A stretch of DNA of 64,000 nucleotides from an uncultured bacterium (GCA_963777505.1 CAVZQN010000006.1:128001-192000), one strand, 5' to 3'; numbered from the stretch's first letter, positions 10,581-20,225 are shown. Notes: a model not told the origin generated them from the sequence alone. Translations and numbers: made by a program.

Positions 10581-12016
10581 TCGTTCCTGAATGGTCGGGA
10601 ACTGCCGCATTGTTGGCAGTCGTGCCCTATGCTTTTTTTCTCGCAATTCTGGCGATCCGGTTTTCATCAGCTGCAATTTCTCCAACCGGAGATGAACCTC
10701 ACTATTTGGTTGTAGCGCATAGCCTTGCTGTGGATGGAGATCTTTCTGTTGGGAACAACTACAAACAGCAGGATTACCGATTGTTTTATAAAGGCGATCT
10801 TGCGAAACGTACGAGTCCTTCTGCCGATCGACAACATGAACTGCCTGCTCAAGGACTCGGACTGTCAATCTTTCTTGCACCTTTTTATAAATTCATCCTC
10901 GCGGTTTTCCCACCAGCGCTGGTTGTATTTCTCCGATTAATAATGTGTAGTATTACAACAATAGTATTATATCAATTGATCCAGTGCGCTATCTTTTGCG
11001 ATCTTCCGCCGCGCATTGCGTTCTTCGTCATGTGCGCGGCCGCAGTAGCTTCTCCAATCTTGACTTACAGCAGCCTCTTTTATCCTGAAATTCCTGCAAT
11101 GTTGTTGATCGTTATCGCTCTTCGAAATCTTTTTGAAATGGAAGAACATCGCTGGCGCGCTTTATTCTGGCTCGCATTCGTTCCGGGCGGTCTGCTGTGG
11201 CTTCATCCGAAATATCTCGCACTTTCGCTTTGCATTCTTATAACCGCCGGAATTTTCTTCTATCGGACATTCCGCGTTTACAACCGCAATGGAGCTCTCT
11301 TAGCAGTTTCTTATGCAATCGTATCCGCTTTAGGCATGATTACTTTTTTTCTTTTTCTGCATGATCAATACGGTGGGTGGTCGCCGAATCGGATCTATGC
11401 AGGTTGGGACAAAGCGCCTCAAAGTTTAATGGATTTAATTCGCCAGGAAGGAATCGGCCGCATCGGAACAATGCTCCGGATGAGCATCGGATTATGGATT
11501 GATCAGCGTTTCGGTTTGCTCTCATACGCTCCACTCTATCTACTATTTTTTCCGGGAGTGATTTATGTGCTGCGCATAAAAAGCAGTGTTCGGTTTATGT
11601 TGATCTGGTTTTTTATTCATTTCCTGATCCTTTGTTGGGGTGCGCCTCTGGGAGGTTTTGCCCCGCCTTCAAGACACATGATCGTTCTCCTTCCGATAAT
11701 ATTGATCGTACTCGCTCAAGCATTTTCGGAATATTTTGGTGCACGCAAAGTGTCGGCTTTCATGCTCTTTGGTTTCAGCTGGCTGATCGCAGCTTTCATG
11801 TATCTGGATTTTCGATCCCTATTTACGAATGTTACATGGAGAAATCCTGATGGTATTAGCCCATTCTGGCAGCGTTATGAATTGGAATCATTGATCCCGT
11901 TAACCACTGCGTCTGATCTGAACTGGATACTGATTTTCTGCTGGTGTGTAGTGATCACCGGACTCTCGTGGTTTTTCTATCCACGATCAAAAAGCACACT
12001 TGAGGAGCATTCTTGA
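10553..12016 (+). CDS. Multi-pass membrane protein, putative GT-C fold (lipid-carrier-dependent) glycosyltransferase, copy 1
   Basis: GDEPHY acidic motif after TM1 and many TM segments. Start uncertain (GTG 10553 preferred over 10514). Confidence 0.65.
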   Translation: MENRKRNPLIVPEWSGTAALLAVVPYAFFLAILAIRFSSAAISPTGDEPHYLVVAHSLAVDGDLSVGNNYKQQDYRLFYKGDLAKRTSPSADRQHELPAQGLGLSIFLAPFYKFILAVFPPALVVFLRLIMCSITTIVLYQLIQCAIFCDLPPRIAFFVMCAAAVASPILTYSSLFYPEIPAMLLIVIALRNLFEMEEHRWRALFWLAFVPGGLLWLHPKYLALSLCILITAGIFFYRTFRVYNRNGALLAVSYAIVSALGMITFFLFLHDQYGGWSPNRIYAGWDKAPQSLMDLIRQEGIGRIGTMLRMSIGLWIDQRFGLLSYAPLYLLFFPGVIYVLRIKSSVRFMLIWFFIHFLILCWGAPLGGFAPPSRHMIVLLPIILIVLAQAFSEYFGARKVSAFMLFGFSWLIAAFMYLDFRSLFTNVTWRNPDGISPFWQRYELESLIPLTTASDLNWILIFCWCVVITGLSWFFYPRSKSTLEEHS

Positions 12017-12041
12017 TGCCCGGCAGTGTGTGTGCTAGAGT
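12013..12041 (+). promoter_or_regulatory. Possible internal sigma70 promoter
   Basis: TTGATG-17 bp-TAGAGT with an extended -10 TG, upstream of ATG 12069. Confidence 0.35.
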
Positions 12042-12068
12042 ACTGGATCTTTGCGCGCGAAAAGCACT

Positions 12069-13733
12069 ATGAATGATTTAAGAAACGTCTATGCATCGAA
12101 GGCGATTTCGCAAATTCCTCGCATTCTAAGTTTGCAGGATCGAAATTCGTTTTCACCAACCTATGGTTGTATGCATCGTGACTACTGGCTTTATAAGACA
12201 TCAGACTTTGCGGACGCAGTCCGGCAATTTGGTGTTCACGCTCTGGCTCTCGTTTATGCCAGAGATTTCCCGGAGAATCCTTACCGAAATCATCCCAAAA
12301 TTCGTGACTGGGCAGTTGCTGCGATGGAATATTGGATTTCCATTCAGCATAAAGATGGATCGTTTGATGAGTTTTATCCGTTTGAACGTGGATGGGTTGG
12401 GCCTACTGCGTTCACAACTTTCACAATGGTTGAAGCATTTAATCTTTTGAAAAACGAAATTTCATCCGATCTTGAATCCCGTTTTAAAGAAACTGTCTCG
12501 CGAGCCGCTCATTTTATTTCAGCAGGCGAGAGTGAAGAAGATCATCTGGCGAATCATCATGCAATGGCATGTCTTGCAGTTTGGAAATCGTATCGTTTAT
12601 TGAATGATTCTAAATTGAAGGATGGCTTTTCGAAAGTGTGGCAAGGATTTCTTCGGTATCATAATGCCAAAGAGGGATGGTCCCGCGAATATGATGGGGT
12701 TGATCCCGGATATCTTTCTGCAACAGTTTCTTTTTTAGGCAAGATTTATGCTGATAATCCTGATCCAGAAATTTATGAAGTATTGAAAAAGTCTGTGGAG
12801 TTTTGCAGTTACTTTGTCTATCCCAACGGCTTCTTTGCAGGAAGCATGGGAAGCCGCAACACACTTCATTTTTATGCGCACGGCTTTGAAATTTTAGGCA
12901 GCAAAATTCCGATGGCTGCTGCAATTGCTGAAAAAATGTTAAAGGGTTTATCGGAAGGGAAACTGGTGCCACCAGAAATTATGTCCGATCGCTATCTTTT
13001 TTACCGTGTGCCGGAATTCTTGCAGGCATATTTGGATTATTCTCCCAGGCCTTCTTCATTGCCGCCGCTGCCATATGAAAGAGAGGAAACTTCATATTTC
13101 CCGGAGTCACGCGTTTATTTTTCGTCAAAGGGAAATCATTCAGTTATAGCCAACCTTGCAAAAGGTGGGGTTGTCAAAGTTTTTGATCGTAAATCCGGGC
13201 GATTGTTGTTGAATGATTGCGGAATTGTAGGAAAGTTATCAGACGGCACGATTGTTACATCACAATGGGTTGATCCAGCTTTTGAAGCGAAAGGTGAAAG
13301 CGATGCATGGGAGGTCTCCGGTTCATTGAATGCAGTGCCTTCTAACAAGTTGTTTACACCGATGAAAAATCTGGTTTTTCGTGGCATTCTTGTAGCGCTT
13401 GGTTGGAGTTCAAAGTTCTCCCACCGATTAAAAGGGGGCATACGAAAATCGTTGATGCTAGGAAGACGCCCTGTAAATGTGCAATTTAAGCGTCAGTTCA
13501 GATGGCTGAACAATTCGATTGAAGTAACAACGGAAATTTGGTCTTCTGGCGGAACACCGGTCGATACTCTTTCGGTGGGTGATGAATTTTTTGTGCGCTA
13601 TGTACCGCAAAGCCGGTTTTTTCAAATGCAAGAACTTGATACTCAAGGATATGCTTTGACAAAGGATGAAATTTCAAAAATAAATCGCGGCGATCGCGTT
13701 AAGATCATTTCCACTGCGGGAGAAAAAGTATGA
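12069..13733 (+). CDS. Uncharacterised soluble protein, possible alpha/alpha-barrel glycan-modifying enzyme
   Basis: About 554 aa, no TM or signal peptide; helical N-terminal half (QHKDGSFDE, NHHAM, EYDGVDPGYLS) and beta-rich C-terminus, reminiscent of heparinase II/III-like architecture. Confidence 0.55.
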   Translation: MNDLRNVYASKAISQIPRILSLQDRNSFSPTYGCMHRDYWLYKTSDFADAVRQFGVHALALVYARDFPENPYRNHPKIRDWAVAAMEYWISIQHKDGSFDEFYPFERGWVGPTAFTTFTMVEAFNLLKNEISSDLESRFKETVSRAAHFISAGESEEDHLANHHAMACLAVWKSYRLLNDSKLKDGFSKVWQGFLRYHNAKEGWSREYDGVDPGYLSATVSFLGKIYADNPDPEIYEVLKKSVEFCSYFVYPNGFFAGSMGSRNTLHFYAHGFEILGSKIPMAAAIAEKMLKGLSEGKLVPPEIMSDRYLFYRVPEFLQAYLDYSPRPSSLPPLPYEREETSYFPESRVYFSSKGNHSVIANLAKGGVVKVFDRKSGRLLLNDCGIVGKLSDGTIVTSQWVDPAFEAKGESDAWEVSGSLNAVPSNKLFTPMKNLVFRGILVALGWSSKFSHRLKGGIRKSLMLGRRPVNVQFKRQFRWLNNSIEVTTEIWSSGGTPVDTLSVGDEFFVRYVPQSRFFQMQELDTQGYALTKDEISKINRGDRVKIISTAGEKV

Positions 13734-14434
13734 GTGGTCATCATCATTCGCATGGAGACGGAAATCTTCCGCACGGTGTTTACGATGTCGATTATTATCA
13801 TGGCCGGCAAAAGAAAAAGCAGCTTGTGTACAGGCTAAAACGCCGCACGGATGAAGTAGAGCGCGCACTTCGTACATACGGTGACGGTAAGTTAAACCTG
13901 ATCATCGATGTTGGAACCGCAGATGGTTTGATGATGGAAAATCTTCGGCAACGGATGGGACAGCTTCGCTTCGTTGGTATTGATTACAGTATCGGATTAT
14001 TGAAAGCTGTGAATTTGCCAGGCGTTTTCAAAGTCCAAGCGGATGCTGCAAAGCTGCCTGTGCAATCAGGAATTGCTGATGCCGTTGTTGCAACCGCAAT
14101 CATTGAACATGTTCCTGATCCTCCTGCAATGATGCGCGAATGTGGAAGGCTGCTTCGTCCGGGGGGACTGCTTGTGATTACAACTCCGGCGCCATTCATG
14201 GAAAAAGTTGCATCAGCGCTTGGTATTTGGAAAGAAGGCGGGCACGATACAACTCTGAACTTAAAACAACTTAGCCAGATGGCTCGGGAAAATGGATATA
14301 AAGTGATGGAATCTTCAAAATTCATGTTTTCACCTGTCGGTTTTCCTGCAGAAAAAACCATCGAAAAAATTCTGGGTCCAATTGGATTGCGTCTTGTTAT
14401 GGCCAATCAATTGCTTGTAGCACGAAGAGGTTAG
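13730..14434 (+). CDS. Class I SAM-dependent methyltransferase
   Basis: IIDVGTADG, GIDYS, ADAAKLP, IEHVPDP, LRPGG; His-rich N-terminus. Confidence 0.88.
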   Translation: MSGHHHSHGDGNLPHGVYDVDYYHGRQKKKQLVYRLKRRTDEVERALRTYGDGKLNLIIDVGTADGLMMENLRQRMGQLRFVGIDYSIGLLKAVNLPGVFKVQADAAKLPVQSGIADAVVATAIIEHVPDPPAMMRECGRLLRPGGLLVITTPAPFMEKVASALGIWKEGGHDTTLNLKQLSQMARENGYKVMESSKFMFSPVGFPAEKTIEKILGPIGLRLVMANQLLVARRG

Positions 14435-14435
14435 G

Positions 14436-15386
14436 GTGCGGGTCCGCGCTGGATGGCTCCGGTTCGCGGGATTGCTTCTTCTTGGTTTTCTGATCTGGAA
14501 GCTTGATGCTTCGGCAGTTTATACAGCAATCCAAAATATTCAACCTTTATATCTTGTAGCCGCCATTCTTCTAAACATCCCACAAATTTTTACAAAGGCT
14601 CTTCGATGGCGTTACTTAATGATGGCTCAGGGGATTCAATACAGTACTTCATCATCAGTACTTGCGTACTTTGGAAGCATCTTTATCGGACTTCTCACAC
14701 CTGGCCGGCTTGGTGAATTCGTCAAAACAGTTCATGTCAGCCGTGATTGCGGAATTCCTGCAGCTCGCGCTTTCTCAAGCGTCCTTGTTGACAGACTATT
14801 TGATTTATATGCTTTGCTGCTTTTTGGATCCGCCGCAATTTTTTCGACAACCCAGCAGCAAAGTACCGCGCTTTTGTTTGCCGAAGCGGCTCTCTTGCTA
14901 GTCTTGCCGATTCTTGCAATTTTGCACCGTGGAACATTCGAATCTCTCCAGGCGCTGGCTCTGAAAACAGGAAAAATCGGTGCGAAATTGTTTGGCGAGG
15001 GATCCTGGCTTCATGAATTGCGGTTGTATTTGATATCGCTTCGATGGATCCATATTTTGATTGCAGTCTTTTTTACGGTGATAGCATATGCATTGTTTTT
15101 CACCCAGTGTTATTTGCTCGCTCGGGGAATGGATCTACGTGTGCCATTTCTTACAATTTGTTTTGCTGTATCGCTGGGAAGTCTTGTTACACTGATTCCG
15201 ATTTCAATCTCTGGATTAGGGACCCGTGAAGCTGTGATGATTGCATATTTAGGACGACATGGCGTTTCTCCTGAATTAAGCCTCGGGTATTCGCTCTTAA
15301 TTTTTGTTACTTTTTATCTGGCAGGTGGAATCATCGGAGCTGTCGCATGGCTCATAAAGCCTGCACCGTTAAACCGTGAAACTTAA
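14436..15386 (+). CDS. Lysylphosphatidylglycerol-synthase TM-region (UPF0104) flippase-like membrane protein
   Basis: ALRWRYL, TPGRLGEFVK, VDRLFD, LIPISISGLGTREA motifs. Confidence 0.85.
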   Translation: MRVRAGWLRFAGLLLLGFLIWKLDASAVYTAIQNIQPLYLVAAILLNIPQIFTKALRWRYLMMAQGIQYSTSSSVLAYFGSIFIGLLTPGRLGEFVKTVHVSRDCGIPAARAFSSVLVDRLFDLYALLLFGSAAIFSTTQQQSTALLFAEAALLLVLPILAILHRGTFESLQALALKTGKIGAKLFGEGSWLHELRLYLISLRWIHILIAVFFTVIAYALFFTQCYLLARGMDLRVPFLTICFAVSLGSLVTLIPISISGLGTREAVMIAYLGRHGVSPELSLGYSLLIFVTFYLAGGIIGAVAWLIKPAPLNRET

Positions 15387-16785
15387 TATGACACCGCGTT
15401 TGTTTTCCGCTGCGCTGTTTATAGCGTTTTGCCTAATTTGTTTGACTATTACAAATCCACGCATGCCGCCTACCGGTGATGAACCTCATTATTTAATGGC
15501 GGCTCACAGTCTGGCAATTGAAGGCGACCTTTCTTTACGTGACAACTATGTCAATCGTGATTACCGTGTTTTTTATCCAGGCGAATTAGCAAAACGTACA
15601 ACGTTCAATCCTGATCGTTCAAAGGAACTTCCTGCATTCAGTCCAGGTTTGTCATTTTTCCTTACACCGTTTTATTATCTTGCTTATCATTACTTCCCTT
15701 CTTTTCTGGTTGCATTTCTAAGATGTCTGATTTGCGCAATCACTGCTCTAGCGCTGCATCAATTGATGTTGTTTTTTCATGATCTGTCAGGATCTACAAA
15801 AGGAATTATCCCAATCATTCCTGCATTCGCACTGGCATCGCCAATTCTTACGTACTCCAATCATTTTTATCCAGAAGTTCTTGGATGTTTTCTTGTTGTT
15901 GTTGCATTAAGAGAATTTCATACTGCCGAAGGTAAACCATGGCGATGCGCTATCATCCTTGCACTGATCTCTACAGCTCTAATGTGGGTGCATCCAAAAT
16001 ATCTCGCCCTTTCAATCATTTTGTTCTTCCTGGGAGTTCGCCGGTTATCGATTGCATCGCGAAATCATGAAGCTTCATTGACGGGAGTCAGGATTCTTCA
16101 TGCCGTTCTTTCAGTCGTGGGAATATTTTCATTCTTTTGGTTTTTGCATTCTGAATATGGAAGTTGGTCTCCGAATCGTATTTATGGCGGCGCTCAGAAG
16201 GAAACAAGCCTTTTTGAATTGCTTACGAAAGAAGGCTTTGATCGCGTTTTAGTCATGCTTCGCATGATACCGGGATATTTTTTGGATCAGCGTTTTGGAA
16301 TCATTTTATATGCGCCTGCCTATGTTGCATTCTTTCCGGCATTACTTTGGAGCATTCACAAAGAGGGAACCAAACTAACGCCATTGATCATTTTGTTTTC
16401 AGCACATTTCTTATTGTTGTCATGGGGCGCACAAATGGGAGGTTATGCTCCGCCTTCCAGACATTTTGTTGTGATGGTTCCATTCTTAATCATTCCAATC
16501 TTGCTAACTTTTTCTTCATGGAGCCGCTTCCAGAAAGGATTGTATTTGTCGCTTGCCGCAATTGGTTGGTGCATCGCGGCACTCATCCTGATGAATTACA
16601 GGCTTATTTATACAAATGCGACCTGGCGTAATCCGGATGGCTACAGCGAGTTCTGGCAACATTTTGGATTGGAGCACATTCTTCCGCGCTTTACTTCATC
16701 CCCGCCCGATTATGCTCTTGCTGCTGTTTGGATTGCTACTGCTGCCGTATTAGGCTTCCTCCTTTATCCTCGTGCTAAGACTTAG
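15376..16785 (+). CDS. Putative GT-C fold membrane glycosyltransferase, copy 2 (paralog of 10553-12016)
   Basis: Shares PTGDEPHYL..HSLA..GDLS, LAKRT, FYPE, HPKYLALS, WSPNRIY, DQRFG, GG.APPSRH, WRNPDG with copy 1. Confidence 0.65.
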   Translation: MKLNMTPRLFSAALFIAFCLICLTITNPRMPPTGDEPHYLMAAHSLAIEGDLSLRDNYVNRDYRVFYPGELAKRTTFNPDRSKELPAFSPGLSFFLTPFYYLAYHYFPSFLVAFLRCLICAITALALHQLMLFFHDLSGSTKGIIPIIPAFALASPILTYSNHFYPEVLGCFLVVVALREFHTAEGKPWRCAIILALISTALMWVHPKYLALSIILFFLGVRRLSIASRNHEASLTGVRILHAVLSVVGIFSFFWFLHSEYGSWSPNRIYGGAQKETSLFELLTKEGFDRVLVMLRMIPGYFLDQRFGIILYAPAYVAFFPALLWSIHKEGTKLTPLIILFSAHFLLLSWGAQMGGYAPPSRHFVVMVPFLIIPILLTFSSWSRFQKGLYLSLAAIGWCIAALILMNYRLIYTNATWRNPDGYSEFWQHFGLEHILPRFTSSPPDYALAAVWIATAAVLGFLLYPRAKT

Positions 16786-17443
16786 CGACTCTGCGGTTCT
16801 CCAATTCCCGGATTGCATCCGCAGCAATCCATCGCGCTGAACTAGAATCCTGTTTGGCAATTTCTTTCGCTGTCCGTAGTGCTTCCCTATGCAGAATTGC
16901 ATTTCGCTTTCCGATCTGCCGAAGAGCCCAATTCACAGCTTTTTTGACAAAATTGCGGGAGTCGTCTGCTGATCGCTTAATGATCGTGAGGAATTTCTTG
17001 AAATTCTTATCCGTAGCTTTCTTATCATGAACAGCAAGTCCTGCCATTAAGGCAAAGGCAGCTCGTTTCACAAATTCTTCTTTTCGAATGCTCCATTCTT
17101 CCGCTTTTGAATACGCAAATGACGTCTTATCAAATAAATTAAAGCAGCATTGATCGCAGACATCCCATGAGTCAAAATCTTTGACCCAGCGATTCATCAT
17201 TCCGGGTGTAACCATCTTTGGATCAGCCACCAGAGCTGCCAAAATTCTTGCTTCATGAATTCCGGAATCCCAAAGTCTTAATGCAAGAGGATGATCCTTC
17301 CGTATTTCCCTTGCGAGTTGACGGATGACCGGCATTGGAATTCCAAGCGTATCCTTACTGCTGATTCCAAAGCGTGCCATTCCTTTTACATTTGCAGGAT
17401 TTTTCATCGATTTCATTCGTTTGATCACTGCATCGTAATCCAT
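16775..17443 (-). CDS. DNA alkylation repair protein (AlkD-like HEAT-repeat glycosylase)
   Basis: HEARILA, DSWDVCD, EEFVKRA, RNFVKKAVNWALRQIGKRN. Confidence 0.88.
   Translation of the reverse strand: MDYDAVIKRMKSMKNPANVKGMARFGISSKDTLGIPMPVIRQLAREIRKDHPLALRLWDSGIHEARILAALVADPKMVTPGMMNRWVKDFDSWDVCDQCCFNLFDKTSFAYSKAEEWSIRKEEFVKRAAFALMAGLAVHDKKATDKNFKKFLTIIKRSADDSRNFVKKAVNWALRQIGKRNAILHREALRTAKEIAKQDSSSARWIAADAIRELENRRVAKS
16781..16798 (+). repeat. Junction repeat family A copy (CTTAGCGACTCTGCGGTT)
   Basis: Matches the family consensus; contains the GT-C copy 2 stop and encodes AlkD C-terminal NRRVAK on the other strand. Confidence 0.65.
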
Positions 17444-17496
17444 TCATCCTCCTTCATTTACGGGCGATCACCTCGTATTGACCTCGATAATACCGT

Positions 17497-18825
17497 ATGT
17501 TAGATTACTTGCTTCCAAATGACGCGAAGGTCGGTAGTGTGGAACACGGAATTACTCACGAAGTTACGGTCCTGATCCTTCAACTGGCATTTATTCTTCT
17601 AATTGCCCGCATTTCCGGAGAGATCTTTGAAAGATATTTTAAGCAGCCTAGTGTGCTCGGGGAGCTGATTGCCGGGATGATTTTTGGTCCTTATCTTCTT
17701 GGCGCCGATATATGGTTTCCAGGCTTAGGAAATTTATTTCCGTCTCTACCGCCGGACTCATTAGAGGCGCGATCCAATATTCCTATTTCGTTTCCTCTTT
17801 ATGCAATTGGCCAGGTATCTTCAGTAATTCTGCTTTTTATGGCCGGATTGGAAACAAATCTCGCAAGTTTCTTACGTTTTGCAGGACGTGCCGGCATCGT
17901 AGGAGCCGCGGGAATTGTGATTCCGTTTATTGCTGGAGCATTTGTAACTGTGTGGTTTGGACATGCTGTTGGATTCTTGGATGGTTCCGCTCTATTTATG
18001 GGAGCAATCCTTGCGGCAACTTCAGTAGGAATAACGGCCCGGGTGCTAAGTGAAATAAAAAAGCTCGATACACCTGAAGGAATTACGATTCTTGGCGCAG
18101 CAGTTGTCGATGATGTTTTAGGAATTTTGGTTCTGGCAATCGTTGTTAATCTGGCTGAATCCGGCACAATCAGCCTTTCTGCTGTGGGGCTTACTGCGTT
18201 GAAAGCACTTGGAATCTGGATTGGTATGTCGGCATTTTTTATTTACACTGCACCATGGCTCGCGCGGCTCTGGTCCTGGTTTCGTACACCCGGCAGCAGT
18301 TTAGTGCTGACACTGTTTGCGTGTTTTCTTGCCGCTGCAATCTGTGAAACGGTAGGATTGGCTCTTATTATTGGAGCCTATGTTGTTGGCCTTGCTTTTT
18401 CTAATACTCCGATTGCTGAGAAGATGATTGAAGAAATGAAAGGCGTCTATCACATTTTTGTTCCAGTATTTTTTGTATTATTAGGGATGCTTGTTAATTT
18501 CGATTCGATGAAGCATGCGATTTCTTTTGGACTCGCGATTTCTTTGGTAGCAATTGTTGGCAAATTAATTGGTTGTGGCATCGCAGCACTGGGTTGCGGT
18601 TTTAACTTTTTGGGCTCAAGTAGAATCGGTATTGGAATGATCCCTCGCGGAGAAGTTGCGTTGATTATTGCAGGTTATGGGCTCACAAGAGGAGTCGTTG
18701 ACAAGGATATGTTTGGGGTTGCTATTATGATGACAATTGTTACAACTTTCCTGGCTCCAATTTTCCTTGTCCCAGTTTTTAGAATTCCTGGAAAAGGTTT
18801 GCGAGGAGAGATATTTGCAAATTAA
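17497..18825 (+). CDS. Cation:proton antiporter (CPA2/NapA family)
   Basis: VLGELIAG, LLFMAGLE, ATSVGITARVL, AAVVDDVLG, GMIPRGEVALI. Confidence 0.92.
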   Translation: MLDYLLPNDAKVGSVEHGITHEVTVLILQLAFILLIARISGEIFERYFKQPSVLGELIAGMIFGPYLLGADIWFPGLGNLFPSLPPDSLEARSNIPISFPLYAIGQVSSVILLFMAGLETNLASFLRFAGRAGIVGAAGIVIPFIAGAFVTVWFGHAVGFLDGSALFMGAILAATSVGITARVLSEIKKLDTPEGITILGAAVVDDVLGILVLAIVVNLAESGTISLSAVGLTALKALGIWIGMSAFFIYTAPWLARLWSWFRTPGSSLVLTLFACFLAAAICETVGLALIIGAYVVGLAFSNTPIAEKMIEEMKGVYHIFVPVFFVLLGMLVNFDSMKHAISFGLAISLVAIVGKLIGCGIAALGCGFNFLGSSRIGIGMIPRGEVALIIAGYGLTRGVVDKDMFGVAIMMTIVTTFLAPIFLVPVFRIPGKGLRGEIFAN

Positions 18826-19156
18826 CGTTCGCGGTCCTGAATCTTTTTTGGAAGAATTTCGCCTCCGTTTGGAAGATGAATTAGAGAAAAATGGTTACCA
18901 GAAAGGTCCAAAAGTAGGCTACGTAGAATCGGGACATATGGAAACGTATCTGAAGGGTGAAACGATCTTGAGCTTGCAGACTCAAGAGTCCGATTCGGGG
19001 GAAGCATCACTCCATCTTGAATCAGAAGAAGAAATCGCGAACATAAAAGAGATGTGGGATACAGCTGTGATTAAATATGGAAAGGAGTTAATTCAGCGAG
19101 TTCAAGCAATCGCACAGAATCCTTCCTTGATTGAAAAGGAATTGAAGCAGCCTTAA
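18815..19156 (+). CDS. Small acidic hypothetical protein, possible antiporter accessory domain
   Basis: TTG 18815 preceded by GAGGAG; 113 aa, overlaps the antiporter stop. Confidence 0.6.
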   Translation: MQINVRGPESFLEEFRLRLEDELEKNGYQKGPKVGYVESGHMETYLKGETILSLQTQESDSGEASLHLESEEEIANIKEMWDTAVIKYGKELIQRVQAIAQNPSLIEKELKQP

Positions 19157-19173
19157 ATTACGCGCGAGGAAAT

Positions 19174-19629
19174 ATGGAAATTTTTCCAAATTGGACTTTT
19201 ATTCCGGTCGTTATACTGTTGTTGATTTTCGTATTCATCGCCCGCCGCTTATTCTTTCTTCCGATGAGCAATGTACTGGAGGAACGTCACCGCAGAATTG
19301 AAGGGGCTCATACTGAAGCAGAACAAATTCGAGAGACATCCCAAAAGATGCTTTCAGAGTTTGATCGGAAGATGCGTGACGCTCGTCGCGAATCGGATCA
19401 GCAAATGGCCCAGCAAACTGCCGATGCGATGCAGGAGAGGAACCGCATTGTCTCAGGAAAAAGAACGGAAGTTCAAGAAATGCTAATGCAGTCCAAGGAA
19501 GAAATTTTGAAAAAGAAAGAAGAAGCAAGAGGAAGACTTCAAAACCTCAAAGATGAATTTGCGCGTCTGATTGCGTCACGAATTTTGAAGCGTCCTGTAG
19601 ATGGAAAACAACCAGGTAAATCAGCATGA
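19174..19629 (+). CDS. ATP synthase F0 subunit b'
   Basis: N-terminal TM, P-x3-VLEER, coiled coil; precedes atpF. Confidence 0.9.
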   Translation: MEIFPNWTFIPVVILLLIFVFIARRLFFLPMSNVLEERHRRIEGAHTEAEQIRETSQKMLSEFDRKMRDARRESDQQMAQQTADAMQERNRIVSGKRTEVQEMLMQSKEEILKKKEEARGRLQNLKDEFARLIASRILKRPVDGKQPGKSA

Positions 19630-20225
19630 AGAGCCCGCTAATCACCATCATTATCGCGTTTATTTTCGCATTGACCTTTGTCGGATTTGTTGTTTCTGCC
19701 GAAGAAACGAAAGGTGAAGGAGAACATGCTACAGAGCATCACGAACAAACGTGGTTTCAAACGATAAGCCAGTGGTTAAATTTCTTGATACTCGCCGTTT
19801 TGCTGTATTTCTTCTTCACGCGATCGATTAAGATTCAGGATCGTTTTAAAAGCGACTATGAAAAAATTCAAACCTCAATTGAAAGTGCACGAATGGCGAA
19901 AGAGGAAGCGGAAAATAAGTTGAAGGAACTCGACCAGAAAATGGCACAGTTAAACGATGAGGTCGTTCGCATTAAAAATGAGGCTGCAACTCAAGCTGAA
20001 GAAGAACGGAAACAAATCCTGGAATCGGCCCAAAAAGAAGCAGAAAGAATTGTCGAGCAAGCACATCGCGAAATCGATTCGGAAGTCGAACTGGCTAAAA
20101 AGGAATTGCGAAAACAACTCGCAGATGAAGCCGTTAAAAGCAGCCGTGAAATTATAGAACGTGAAATGAATGAACAAGATTCAAAAAGATTAATGAACGA
20201 TTACATTGAAGGTTTCCGTAAATGA
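19626..20225 (+). CDS. atpF: ATP synthase F0 subunit b
   Basis: Hydrophobic leader, His-rich linker, WLNFLIL TM, coiled coil. Confidence 0.9.
   Translation: MKSPLITIIIAFIFALTFVGFVVSAEETKGEGEHATEHHEQTWFQTISQWLNFLILAVLLYFFFTRSIKIQDRFKSDYEKIQTSIESARMAKEEAENKLKELDQKMAQLNDEVVRIKNEAATQAEEERKQILESAQKEAERIVEQAHREIDSEVELAKKELRKQLADEAVKSSREIIEREMNEQDSKRLMNDYIEGFRK

Noticed and set aside
13984-14406. Long antisense ORFs (also 10428-10880, 17799-18167, 44378-44797 and others)
   Set aside because: They are fully nested opposite well-supported genes, with no recognisable motifs.
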